From NCBI GenBank assembly GCA_963769285.1, contig CAVYLE010000005.1, positions 115,235-179,234 of the forward strand: 64,000 nt of DNA, in the 5' to 3' direction. A program made the position numbers and the translations under genes. The notes beneath the pieces are model-generated. The model worked only from the letters and a program-made list of their open reading frames with translations, was not told the origin of the DNA and made no database searches. This DNA comes from an uncultured Verrucomicrobiae bacterium. Lineage in GTDB: Bacteria > Verrucomicrobiota > Verrucomicrobiia > Limisphaerales > UBA11358. The stretch's first letter is position 1. Each line of letters begins with the position of its first letter. Positions 10,873 to 21,600 of the stretch are shown here, in pieces.

Positions 10873-13131
10873 ATGTTTCACATGAACCGCCCATCCACAA
10901 AATTCGCGATCATTTTCGGCGCACTGACCTTTTTCGGAATGAATGCCGCAACCTTCGCCGGCAATCTTGTCCTGTGGTACTCGCAGCCGGTGGGAAGCGC
11001 CAAAGGCGCCGCGCCGTTCATCAACGAAGCGCTGCCCATCGGCAACGGGCGCATCGGCGGGTTGATTGCCGGCGGGACGGCGCGCGAACGGATTGCACTC
11101 AACGAGGACAGCCTGTGGGCCGGCGATGAAAATCCCTCGGGCAATGATCATACGATGGGCACCTATCAATGTCTGGGCAATCTGTTCATCAATCTGCCGG
11201 GACACGAAAACTTCGCGGATTACCGGCGCGACCTCGACATCGGGAACGCACTGGCGCACGTCAGCTACCAGTCGGGCAGCGTGAATTACCGGCGCGAGTA
11301 TTTTTGCAGCCAACCCGGCGGCGTCCTCGTGGCGCGGCTCACCGCCGACCGGCCCGGCAGTTACACCGGCAGCATTGAACTGGGCGACACCCGCGACGCG
11401 CAAACCAGCGCGGGAAAAAATCGCCTGGCGTTTGCCGGCGCGCTCGCCAACGGCCTGAAATACGAGGCGCAATTGATCGTGGTTCCCGCAGGCGGCTCGC
11501 TGGTCACCAATGGCACGACGCTCGAATTCAAAAACTGCAACAGCCTCACGCTCATCGTCGCCGCAGGCACGGATTACGCGCTGGATCCTGCCACGAAATA
11601 TCGGGGCGAAGATCCGCGCGCGCGCGTGACCAAACAGGTCGAAATGGCCGCCGCCAAAAAATACGACGAACTCAAGGCCGCTCACGAAGAGGATTTTCAT
11701 GCGTTATTCGACCGTGTCGCGCTCGACCTGGGCCAATCCTCCGCCGGGCAAACCGGGTTGCCCACCGACATGCGCAAGGCACTGGCCGGCGGCACAGAGG
11801 ACCCCGGACTTGAGGAACTGCTGTTCCAATACGGCCGATACCTGCTGATTTCGTGTTCACGGCCCGGCGGGCTGCCCGCGAATTTGCAGGGTCTGTGGAA
11901 CGACAGCAACAATCCGCCGTGGCATTCCGACTATCACGCGAACATCAATGCGGAGATGAATTACTGGCCAGCCGAGGTGGCGAACCTGCCGGTGTGCCAT
12001 CTGCCATTCTTTGATTTGGTGTTGAGCCAGCTCCCGGCCTGGCGCAAGGCCACCGCCGCCTCGCCCGACTTCAAGACGCCCGCCGGCGCGATGACCACGC
12101 GCGGCTGGGCCATCCGCACCTCGCACAACATTTACGGCGGCATGGGCTGGAAATGGGACAAGACGGCCAACGCCTGGTATTGCCTCGGCTTCTGGGAATA
12201 TTACGCCTTCACCGGCGACAAAAAATACTTGAAGCAAACGGCCTGGCCGGTGATGCAGGAAACCTGCGAATTCTGGATGGACCATTTGATGGAATTGCCC
12301 GATGGCCGGCTGGTCGTGCCCAAGGGCTGGTCGCCCGAACACGGCCCGGTCCTGGACGGCGTGAGTTACAACCAGGAAATCGTCTGGGACCTGTTCAACA
12401 ACACCGTCGCCGCGGCGGATGCGCTCGGGGAGGACAAGGCGTTTCGTGATAAAATCGCCGCGATGCGCGACAAGCTGGTCACGCCGGGAATCGGCAGTTG
12501 GGGCCAGTTGCTCGAATGGATGACGGAGCAGCACGATCCGAAATATCCGGAACTCGACACAACCAACGATCATCACCGCCACACGTCGCATCTGTTTGCG
12601 GTTTATCCCGGCCGGCAGATCAGCGTCGTCAAAACGCCCCAACTGGCGGCGGCGGCGAAGGTGTCGCTCGACGCGCGCGGCATTGCCCCGGACAGCGACG
12701 TGCGCGAATGGTCGTTTGCGTGGCGGACCGCCCTCTTTGCCCGCCTGCACGATGGCGAAGGCGCGCATCAGATGCTTCAGCAGTTGTTTTCCGCGCGTAA
12801 TACCTGTCCGAACCTCTTCGGGCTGCATCCGCCCATGCAGATGGACGGCAACTTCGGCATCACCGCCGGCATTTGCGAAATGCTGCTGCAATCCCACGAG
12901 GACGAAATCAACCTGCTGCCCGCGCTGCCGAAAGCATGGCCCGATGGCAGCGTGAAAGGTCTGCGCGCGCGCGGCGGCTTCGAGGTGGACATCACCTGGA
13001 AGAACGGCAAACTGGTTTCCGCCACCATGCACTCAATGCTCGGCAACCCCTGCCGCCTGCGCTACGGCGACTTAACCCGCGACGTAAAAATCAAGCAGGG
13101 CAAGTCGTTCCAGTGGGATGGAAACAATTGA
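10873..13131 (+). CDS. GH95 alpha-L-fucosidase/galactosidase
   Basis: [68 protein letters not shown]. Confidence 0.93.
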   Translation: MFHMNRPSTKFAIIFGALTFFGMNAATFAGNLVLWYSQPVGSAKGAAPFINEALPIGNGRIGGLIAGGTARERIALNEDSLWAGDENPSGNDHTMGTYQCLGNLFINLPGHENFADYRRDLDIGNALAHVSYQSGSVNYRREYFCSQPGGVLVARLTADRPGSYTGSIELGDTRDAQTSAGKNRLAFAGALANGLKYEAQLIVVPAGGSLVTNGTTLEFKNCNSLTLIVAAGTDYALDPATKYRGEDPRARVTKQVEMAAAKKYDELKAAHEEDFHALFDRVALDLGQSSAGQTGLPTDMRKALAGGTEDPGLEELLFQYGRYLLISCSRPGGLPANLQGLWNDSNNPPWHSDYHANINAEMNYWPAEVANLPVCHLPFFDLVLSQLPAWRKATAASPDFKTPAGAMTTRGWAIRTSHNIYGGMGWKWDKTANAWYCLGFWEYYAFTGDKKYLKQTAWPVMQETCEFWMDHLMELPDGRLVVPKGWSPEHGPVLDGVSYNQEIVWDLFNNTVAAADALGEDKAFRDKIAAMRDKLVTPGIGSWGQLLEWMTEQHDPKYPELDTTNDHHRHTSHLFAVYPGRQISVVKTPQLAAAAKVSLDARGIAPDSDVREWSFAWRTALFARLHDGEGAHQMLQQLFSARNTCPNLFGLHPPMQMDGNFGITAGICEMLLQSHEDEINLLPALPKAWPDGSVKGLRARGGFEVDITWKNGKLVSATMHSMLGNPCRLRYGDLTRDVKIKQGKSFQWDGNN

Positions 13132-13207
13132 TCCCGCACATCCGGCCTGACAGAGCGTGTGTGTTTTTTGAATGAAGCCGGATTTCGCCGAACGGAAGCG
13201 AAACGCT

Positions 13208-13951
13208 TCAGTAGCTGTGTCGCAGAGTTTCGAGTTCCTTGAGCAAGGGACGCCAATGGCGTTTGTCAGCCCGGCGCTCGTGAAGCTCTTCGGCCAGCAG
13301 GGCGCTCTCCAATTGCGTTATCCGGCCTGACCGGGCATGTGCCAGCAAAGGGCGCCGGGACATGAGGCGGCGGCAGAGACCGGGATTTGTGCGCGCCAAT
13401 TCAACGAGCAGTTCCGGCGTGCGAAGTTCCAGCAGCCAGAATTTTTGCCGCGCGGCGCCGGCTTTTTCACGATTCTGAAAGTAGTGCGCCTCCACCAGCC
13501 GCCGGAGCATCGGCCAGTCTTTGTCGCGCTGGGTTTTCTTGGCTTGCACCAAGTCGGGCAGGGAAAGCAGGTCGCAAACGGTTCCATCCGGCAGTTCAAT
13601 GACCGTGCGGCGTTTCCAGAGCTTGGCGAAGGCATCCACCCCGCGCATTTTGGACATCACATCCACACGCATCCGGGAGGCGTCGGGATGCAGGCATCGG
13701 AAGTGGAGGGCATGGCCGCGCCGGAGAAATTTTATTTCAAACGGCGGGACGGCTATGGGTTCGGCCCGCAAATCGGCAAGCGCCCGGCGCAACCGCGCAA
13801 GGTTGTCCGCGGCGGCGAGAAGGATGAAGTCCGCGTCGCGGCTAAATTCGGCCGCACCGTAGAACACGCACGCCTGGCCGCCCATGAGCAGGGCGCGGAC
13901 ACGGTGTGCGCGCATCGTGGAAAGGACTTTGCGTATCGGGTTCGGAATCAA
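13208..13951 (-). CDS. Putative nucleotidyltransferase-fold protein
   Basis: LLMGGQACVFYGAAEFSRDAD (GG...D-x-D) motif; KKTQRDKD resembles the K...R.KD end of DUF6036-like NTases; TTG start uncertain. Confidence 0.55.
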   Translation of the reverse strand: MIPNPIRKVLSTMRAHRVRALLMGGQACVFYGAAEFSRDADFILLAAADNLARLRRALADLRAEPIAVPPFEIKFLRRGHALHFRCLHPDASRMRVDVMSKMRGVDAFAKLWKRRTVIELPDGTVCDLLSLPDLVQAKKTQRDKDWPMLRRLVEAHYFQNREKAGAARQKFWLLELRTPELLVELARTNPGLCRRLMSRRPLLAHARSGRITQLESALLAEELHERRADKRHWRPLLKELETLRHSY

Positions 13952-14072
13952 GTGAGCCTCCCAGCGCGAGGTAGGTCTGCCAGAGTTTCTCGCTTTCCAG
14001 CCAGCGTTGCACGGGTGTGAGCCGATACCATTCGGCCCACTCGTCTGCCACCACCTGTTCCGGCTGAATCAT
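13842..14072 (-). CDS. Small hypothetical protein, partner of the downstream NTase-like gene
   Basis: 76 aa, EWYRLTPVQRW..SEKLW; overlaps the start of the downstream gene. Confidence 0.5.
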   Translation of the reverse strand: MIQPEQVVADEWAEWYRLTPVQRWLESEKLWQTYLALGGSLDSEPDTQSPFHDARTPCPRPAHGRPGVRVLRCGRI

Positions 14073-14135
14073 GAAAAACAAATAGCACATCCGCCGCGCC
14101 GCGTAAACCTCAGTGTCCGCCCCCCGACGACATGT

Positions 14136-16706
14136 TTACCTTGCCGAAATTTTCAGCGCGCGGCCTTGGTAAACCACTTCGACATCGGCCTTCTCCGTCA
14201 CCGCGTCGCCAACGCCGTGGCCGGGCGACACAAACACGATGCGAAAGGTCCGTTGTTTCAGCATTCCGGGAAATTTTCCCGACCGCTTGCCAAGGGTGAG
14301 CATCTTCGCTTTCTCATTCCACGAAATCGGGATGGCGGCGTGGACGCCGCGCTCGTAGTTGTAGTTGTCGCCTTCGTCCTCGTAGAGGGTGAACGCGCCG
14401 TCCGCGCCGCGATAGACGCGCAGCTCCAGCGGATCGGCGGGTTTCTCGCCGGCGAACTGCACCGGCGGGCCCAACGGCACGATTGAACCGGCGCGAACAA
14501 ACAGGGGCATTTGTGCCAGCGGCGCGGCGGCGTTGACGGTTTGTCCACCGTCAAATTTTTCCCCGCTCCAGAAATTCACCCAGCCGGTTCCGGCGGGCAG
14601 ATAAACCGCTTTGTTCGTCGCCTGCGGTCCGGTCACGGGCGCGACGAGGAACGCCGGCCCCAGCATATATTCATCGGACACGGCGAGCGCGGTTTTGTCC
14701 GCGCGAAAATCGAGCGGCAGGGCGCGCATCATCGTGTAGCCACTGCTCGTCACGCGCCACGCGACGGAATAATTGTAGGGCAGCAGCCGGTGGCGAAGAT
14801 TGTCGTAGTCGAGCAGGATTTTCTGCGTTTCGGGCAGCCATTTCCACATTTCGGTTTCCGTAGCGCCGCCGTGGATGCGGAGGATGGGGCAGAACGCGCT
14901 CCACTCGAACCAGCGCGCCAGCAGCTCGTTGTAATCGGGCGAGGCGTATTGGTCGGCGGGATGCCAGAAGCCGCCGCAGTCGGTGGTCCAGTACGGAATG
15001 CCCGCGAGGCAGAAATTCAAGCCCGCCGGAATCTGGCGTTTGAAAGTTTCCCAATTGCCCGAAATATCCCCCGACCAGATGGCGGAGGCATAACGCTGCA
15101 AACCGGGAAACGCCGAGCGCGTGAGGATGCAAACCCGCTTGTTCGGGTCCGCCGCGCGCTGGCCTTCGTAAATGGACTGGCTGGCGAACAGCGGGTAGGC
15201 GTTGCGATAAAAATCACCCGCGCCCAAGAAACGTCGGCTTGCCCGCCAGGCCGTTGCCATCATCGCCCGGCTCGGTGGCGTCGCCCCACCACGCGTCCGT
15301 GCCGATTTTGAAGAACGCCTCGTTGAGGTGCCGCCAGCGAATTTCCCGGCCGGCGGGGTTGAACACGTCAATCCAGTTGCCAATCAGCGTGTGGTTCGTT
15401 TCAAGCTCCGCCCGCGTGGTTGCCGTGCGGATTGCACCAGACGGAAATCATGAACTTCACATTATTCGCGTGAAGCTGCCGGATCATTTCCGCAGGGTCG
15501 GGATAATTCTTCAAGTCCCACTCGTAGCTGCCCCAGCCGTGCGGCCCCCAGTATTTCCAGTCCTGCACGATAAGATCGAGCGGCAGGCCGCGTTGGCGGA
15601 ATTCGGCGGCGGCGTCCAGCAACTGCTGCTGGCTGGAATACCGCTCGCGGCATTGCCAGAAACCGTAAGCCCACTCCGGCCACATCGGTGCGTCGCCGGT
15701 CGCGAGCCGGTAGCCGCGAATCACGTCGTCCAGGTCCGGCCCGTAAAAAAACGTGTAGTCAATGGCCCGGGCGAATTGCGAGCGGAACGTCGTCGTGTCC
15801 CCGCGCGAACCGACGAACAGCTTCACGTTCTTGTCGCCGCGGACCGTCACGGCGCAAGCCTGGTTGGCCGGCAGCCGGATCGTTCCGCACAGGCTGAGCG
15901 GGCGTCCAGTAATTCGTCACCCCGGCGATTTCCCGGCCGTCAACCGAGATGGAAAATTCCTCGCGGTTGTTGTCGGCCTTCGCGAAAAACACGTACTCGC
16001 CCGCCGCGCCGCTGGTGAACGTTCCGCGCCAGGTGGCAATTTTCGGCGCCTTGCCGGAGTTGCTGTTGGTATTGGTATCTTCCACCAGTGTGAGCGGAAC
16101 TTCATTGTCCAGCGGATTGAAATCCGTCAGCGACGCGTTGTCCCACAGCAGGCCGTAGCCTTTGCTGGACACCAGCACGGGCAGAACGCTGGTCGTGTTG
16201 TGCTGGCGCAGCTCGCGCGTCAGGCCGCGCCAGTTCCAAAGCCCCTCCTGGTACTGGCCGAGGCCGTAAAGAAATTCGTCCGGCGGCGACGCGAACGAAT
16301 CCTCGGCGGTGAAAAATTCCCCATGCGGCGTGAACCGGCGCGCGCCGGGATTTTCCGCGAGCAGAACGTTCCCGGCCCGGTCGAGAAAGGTGACCGCGCC
16401 GGAATCGCGACTGACGTTCACCCGCAGGTTGCGCGTCACGATGACCACGGCACCGGTGCCGGCCTCCACCTTGAACGGTACGGATCGCCAGTCGCGCGTG
16501 ACTACAAAACTTTTGTTGGTGGGAATTCTGTCTGTGGGCGAACCGATGATGCGCACGATGCGGTCGGTGCAGACCTGGATTTTAACCGCACCGGACGATG
16601 TGGCGAACGTGACGCCGTCGGGATCTTTGTGGAACGAGGTCACGGTCGGCGGCGCGGCGAACAAGGCCGGTGCGAGCAGCAAAAACAAAGCGGCGGGGAA
16701 TTTCAT
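14136..16706 (-). pseudogene. GH31 alpha-xylosidase (PA14-like insert, DUF5110 C-terminus) broken by three +1 frameshifts; pseudogene or assembly error
   Basis: YGLGQYQ, GFWQCRERY, IVQDWKYW, catalytic WWGDATEP, WSGDI, YEDEGDNYNYE spread over successive frames; extra bases near 15901, 15420 and 15224. Confidence 0.85.
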
Positions 16707-16817
16707 GCGCCTCAAGCTAACAAATCGTGCCGCGGCTGCAAAATTCAATTACGCGCGTGGCCATTTCCAGAATGTCAAATCCGTCCACGTTGTTTTTACT
16801 CCTGTCGCCCCTGCTTG

Positions 16818-16857
16818 AAAGCGGTGCTAAAGCCACCGCAGTCCAGACGCCTCGCGA
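16818..16857. repeat. REP-like palindromic element (single arm)
   Basis: AAAGCGGTGCTAAAGCCACCGCAGTCCAGACGC: GCGGTG/CACCGC hairpin in the intergenic space between GH31 and xylulokinase. Confidence 0.55.
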
Positions 16858-16881
16858 AATTCTTGGACGATTAACCAATCG

Positions 16882-18504
16882 TCATCTTCTTTCGCTCAAT
16901 CGGTACAGCGCCTCGCGTTCGCAGCGGGCGTATTTTTCAATCAGCCGGTCGTAAACCTTTGCGGCTTTGGGAATCGGCCGGATTTCGCTGTTGGGAATCG
17001 GGTCGGTGAAACCGGCCACGACTTTTTCCCACTTCGGTTTTTTCCCGGCTTTGGCCAGCCAGCCGTGCGCGGCCCGCAATGCGGCGCCCAACGCGGCGCT
17101 CTTGGAAACCTCGATGCGCTCGACGCGGCAGTTCATCACGTCGGCCATCACCTGCAAAATGGATGAATCCTGGGAAGCGCCGCCAGTGGCGAAAATACGA
17201 TCGGGCGCAACCTTCATCCATTGCGAGTGCAGCCGCATGGACATCATCTGCGCTTCGACAATGGCGCGGCAGTTCGCCGCGGCGTCCTTTTCGTCGAGGT
17301 CGAACCGGTGGATGCCCGGCCGGTTCACACGCGGAACAATCTCGGCCTCAAACCACGGCAACAGGATGCCGCCGTTGTTGCCCGGCGGCGTAGTTTTTAG
17401 CGCTTCGCCGAATTTTTTCCAGTTCTTGATGCCATACGCGTCGCGGATTTTTTCCCGGGCGAGCGACCCGTTCTTGAAACAGATCAGCGTCATGTAATCG
17501 CCCGTCGGCGAACCGAACACATGACCCTCGCCGTGCGCGTCGGTCCGGCATTTCTTCATCGAACCGAAATACGTGTCGCTGGTGCCGAGGCTGATGGCGA
17601 CCATGCCTTCGCGAATTAAACCGAGGCCGACGACGCTGCACGGGTTGTCGCCGGACCAGACCAGCGTCTGCGCCTCCGGATTCAGGCCGAATTTTTTGAC
17701 GAAATACGGGCTGACCGTGCCGATGGCCTTCCAGGAATCGGCGAGCGGCGGCAGTTTCTTTTTCAAATCCGGCGCGGTGGCTGCCAGCGCTTCCGGATGC
17801 CAGACCTTTTTGCGAATGTCCATCAGGTTCATGCCTGCGCCGTCGCCGTGGTCAATTGGCGCGATTTTTCCCGCCAGCAGCGAAGCCATGAAGGAGCTGA
17901 CCAGCGCAATGCTGGCGGTCTGGGCGTAGGCTTCGGGTTCGGTCTGGTAAAACTTGCGGATTTGCGGGCCGGTAAAGCGCTCGAACGTATCCGAGCCGGT
18001 GGTCTCAGCCGCAGCCTTGATACCGCCGAGCTTTTTCCGGATTTCGGCGCATTGGGCGGCGGTCGAGGAATCCATCCAGATGGGCGAAGTCGGGCGCGCG
18101 AAAACACCGTCCGCCTTCGTTCCACTTCGGCGCGACAAGGCCAGATTTTTCACCAGCGATTTTTTCGGATCCAGATTTGCCAGCGCATCGGCGGCGCGGT
18201 CGTTGAGATAGACCGAGCCGTGTTGCTGGCCGCTGCCGCTGACGGCGAGAATTTTGCCGAGTGCCCCGCCGTCCTTTTTCATTTCGGCGAACAGCAAATC
18301 CAGTGCCTCGGCCCACATCAGCGGCGAGCTGTGTTTGACCAGTGGATCGGCGTTGGGCAGGACGCCGTTTTGCGTGCCGTACTGCGGCAGCGACTGGTCG
18401 AAGTTCAGCGATTTTTCATAAACCACCTTGCGGCGGTCGAGGTCAATGACCACCGCGCTGAGGCTTTGAGTGCTGGAATCGAGTCCGAGAAATAATTTGG
18501 CCAT
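16882..18504 (-). CDS. xylB: Xylulokinase (FGGY family, eukaryote-like clade)
   Basis: LGLDSSTQS, SGSGQQHGSVY, ERFTGPQIRK, GDNP, ISLGTSDT, KNGSLARE, TGGAS. Confidence 0.88.
   Translation of the reverse strand: MAKLFLGLDSSTQSLSAVVIDLDRRKVVYEKSLNFDQSLPQYGTQNGVLPNADPLVKHSSPLMWAEALDLLFAEMKKDGGALGKILAVSGSGQQHGSVYLNDRAADALANLDPKKSLVKNLALSRRSGTKADGVFARPTSPIWMDSSTAAQCAEIRKKLGGIKAAAETTGSDTFERFTGPQIRKFYQTEPEAYAQTASIALVSSFMASLLAGKIAPIDHGDGAGMNLMDIRKKVWHPEALAATAPDLKKKLPPLADSWKAIGTVSPYFVKKFGLNPEAQTLVWSGDNPCSVVGLGLIREGMVAISLGTSDTYFGSMKKCRTDAHGEGHVFGSPTGDYMTLICFKNGSLAREKIRDAYGIKNWKKFGEALKTTPPGNNGGILLPWFEAEIVPRVNRPGIHRFDLDEKDAAANCRAIVEAQMMSMRLHSQWMKVAPDRIFATGGASQDSSILQVMADVMNCRVERIEVSKSAALGAALRAAHGWLAKAGKKPKWEKVVAGFTDPIPNSEIRPIPKAAKVYDRLIEKYARCEREALYRLSERR
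18110..18139 (-). repeat. 30-bp interspersed repeat inserted in frame in xylB (encodes LSRRSGTKAD)
   Basis: Minus strand CTTGTCGCGCCGAAGTGGAACGAAGGCGGA; matches copies at 32491-32520 and 33763-33795. Confidence 0.7.
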
Positions 18505-18534
18505 AAGATGTTCGAGCAGCATTGTTTAGCAGCA

Positions 18535-18595
18535 AATCCGGGCGTTGTCACCATTTCTGTTGATGGCAGATCACTGCTCGATGGTGTAAATTGAT
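18535..18595 (+). promoter_or_regulatory. Shared 61-bp promoter/operator upstream of the PL11 gene pair
   Basis: 49/61 ungapped identity to 27997-28057 upstream of PL4. Confidence 0.7.
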
Positions 18596-18623
18596 CAACA
18601 AGCTGTAAGAAAGTTGTATAAAG

Positions 18624-21600
18624 ATGACCAAAAGCCTTTTTGCCGGGTCCGGGAAGAATGCCCGGCGCACTGTCGTAAATAATCACATCAAATTCAAACC
18701 CTGCCTTTTCCCAAGCGGCACTGCCACCCGGCTTGTCCTGTTGCTCGGAGCCATGATTTTGGCGGTTTCAGAGGCCGAGGCCCAACGCCAGATGGAAACA
18801 CTGGGCCGGGGTGTCGTAGCCGTGCGCACCGGCACCTCCTCCGCCTACATCGGTTGGCGGCTGCTGGCGACCGATGCCGAAAGTATCGGCTTTAATGTTT
18901 TGCGCAGCACTAATGGCAGCGCGCCGGCGCAGATCAACAGCACGCTGATCACCAACACGACGGACTATACCGACACCACCGCCAATTTCGCCTACTCGAA
19001 CGCCTGGTTCATCCAGCCGGTGGTCGGCTCCGTGACGCAGGCGTTGAGTGCGCCCTGGGGCCAGCCGGCCAACGCCGTCATCGGCCAGTATGTTTCCATC
19101 CCGTTGCACAACCCGGGCGGCGCGGCCCCCCCGTACGACGTAAAATACTGCTGGGTGGGCGATCTGGACGGTGATGGCGAATACGATTTTGTCGTGGACC
19201 GCATGTCCACCACGGTCGCCACCAATGAATTTCTTCAGGCCTACAAGCGCGACGGAACATTTCTCTGGCAGATGGACATGGGTTACAACAGCACCAACCA
19301 GTACAACATCGAGCCGGGCGCGTCGGCCATCAGCATCGGTGACAAGGATGACGTCACCGTTTATGACCTGGACGGCGACGGGCGGGCGGAAGTTTGCGTG
19401 CGCACAGCTCGCGGCGTCATTCTGCCCGATGGCTCAACCATCACCGGCGCGGATGACACCAACCAATTTCTTTCAATCCTTGACGGGTTGACCGGCAAAG
19501 AGCTCGCGCGCACTGCGATCACGAATCTGTGGCCGGCGGACGGCCCGCTGAGTTTCCGGTTCGCCATCATGTATTGCGACGGCGTGCGGCCGAGCCTGTT
19601 GATGGAAGGCGAGAACCGCCACGGCTCGGGGGCATTTCAGCGCGAGAGCATGACTTATGATTACCGGGGCGGCCAACTGACGCGGCGCTGGTTCTTCGCC
19701 TATCCGGCGGATGCCAACCTGGCCTGGTCGCATCAGCTCCGGATTGCGGACGTGAACCACGACGGCATTGACGAAGTCGTCGAAATCGGTTCGGTCCGGA
19801 ACGGGACGGACGGCACGACGCTTTTTGACACGGAACTGCTTCACGGCGACCGGTTTCACACCACCGACATGGATCCGAACCGGCCGGGCCTCGAAACCTA
19901 TTCCATCCAGCAGCTCAACCCCACGTTGCTGGCCGCGATGCTTTATGAAGGTGGCACGGGGAAAATCATTAAAAAATGGTATGCGCCGAATGTCGTGGAC
20001 GTGGGCCGCGGGGACGCGCTCGATATGGACCCGCGCTACAAGGGCGTTGAAGTTTTTTCGACCCAGCCGGGCATTTACGACTGCAAGGGCAATTTCATTT
20101 CCAACTCGGTCGCGCCATTCCCGACGCTCGGCATCTGGTGGGACGCGGATTTGCAGCGCGAGATGTTCAGCGCCGCCGACGGCAACGGCTACAACCCGGT
20201 CATCAACAAATGGAATTACGCTAACAACTCGGCTGATCGCATGTATTCCATTTACAAGGAGGGTGTGCACACGGCCTACGGCGGGCGGCCGGCGTTCTTC
20301 GGCGACATCCTCGGCGACTGGCGCGAAGAGTTCATCGTCATCTCCAACGATTATTCCTCGATGCGCATTTACACGACGACGATCCCGGCGACGAACCGGC
20401 TTTATTGCCTGATGCAGAATCCCGAATACCGCGACCAGTGCACCGCCAAAGGCTATTACCAGGAGAGCTATCCCGATTATTATCTCGGCGAGCAAATGCT
20501 CCCGCCGCCCCTCCCGCCGGTTTCGAACGCGAAACTGGTCTGGCGCGGAGGCGCCTCCAGCACCTGGGACACCTCTACGGCAAACTGGTACACTAACAAT
20601 CTCTGGATTTCCAACGACACCGCCGTCGCTTTCAGCGCCGGCGATACTGTGCTTTTCGACATCAGCGGTTCGAACAGTGCGGCCATCAATCTGACCGGCA
20701 CGTTCTCGCCGGGCGCGGTCACGATCAACAGTCCGAAGGATTACGTCTTCGGCGGCGGCGGCGCGCTCATCAGCACCATGACACTGACCAAAGCCGGCGC
20801 GGGCAGACTGATTTTCAACAACACGAACACCTACTCCGGGCGCACGTTGATCTGTGAAAGCCCGTTTCTGGTCAATGGCGCGTTGTCCAACAGCCCTGTC
20901 ACCATCCGCGGCGGCGTGTGGCTGGACGGGCGGTTGGGCGGCAGCGGCGTGGTGGCGGCGGCGGTTACCTGCGAGCCCAATGGCGGCATTTCGCCCGGCT
21001 CCGGCACCAATGCTCCCGGCACGCTGACCATCGCCGGTTCGCTCACGTTGAGCAATTCGCTCAACGATTTCGACCTGTCCGACGACGCAACCGGCACGAC
21101 GAAAACAAATGATTTGCTCGCCGTCACGGGCAATGTAACCCTGTTCAGCACCAATACCCTGACCATACACCCGCTCAATGCCACGTTGCCGCCGGGAATT
21201 TATCCGCTCATCAATTATTCCGGCGCCTTGAGCGGCGGCCTGTCCAACTTCACTGTCGCCGGACTCGACGGCATTCCCCTTGCGTTGACCAATCCGGCGG
21301 GCCAGATTGCGCTCGTCGTCAAAAGCGTCCGCTCCCCGGCCAGCCTCGTCTGGGCCGGCGGCCAAAACGGGAACGTCTGGGACCTGGTCACCACGAGTAA
21401 TTTCCTGAACGGCGCCGCGCGGAACTTTTTTGTGCCGCAGGACAGCGTAACATTCGACGATTCCGGCGGCGCGAATACCAACGTGAATTTGTCCGGCACC
21501 CTCGTCGTTTCCAACCTCGTGGTGAGCTCCGCGTCCAATTACGTCTTCGGCGGCAGCGGCGGCAGCGGCGGCGGGGGATTGACGAAAACCAATTCCGGCA

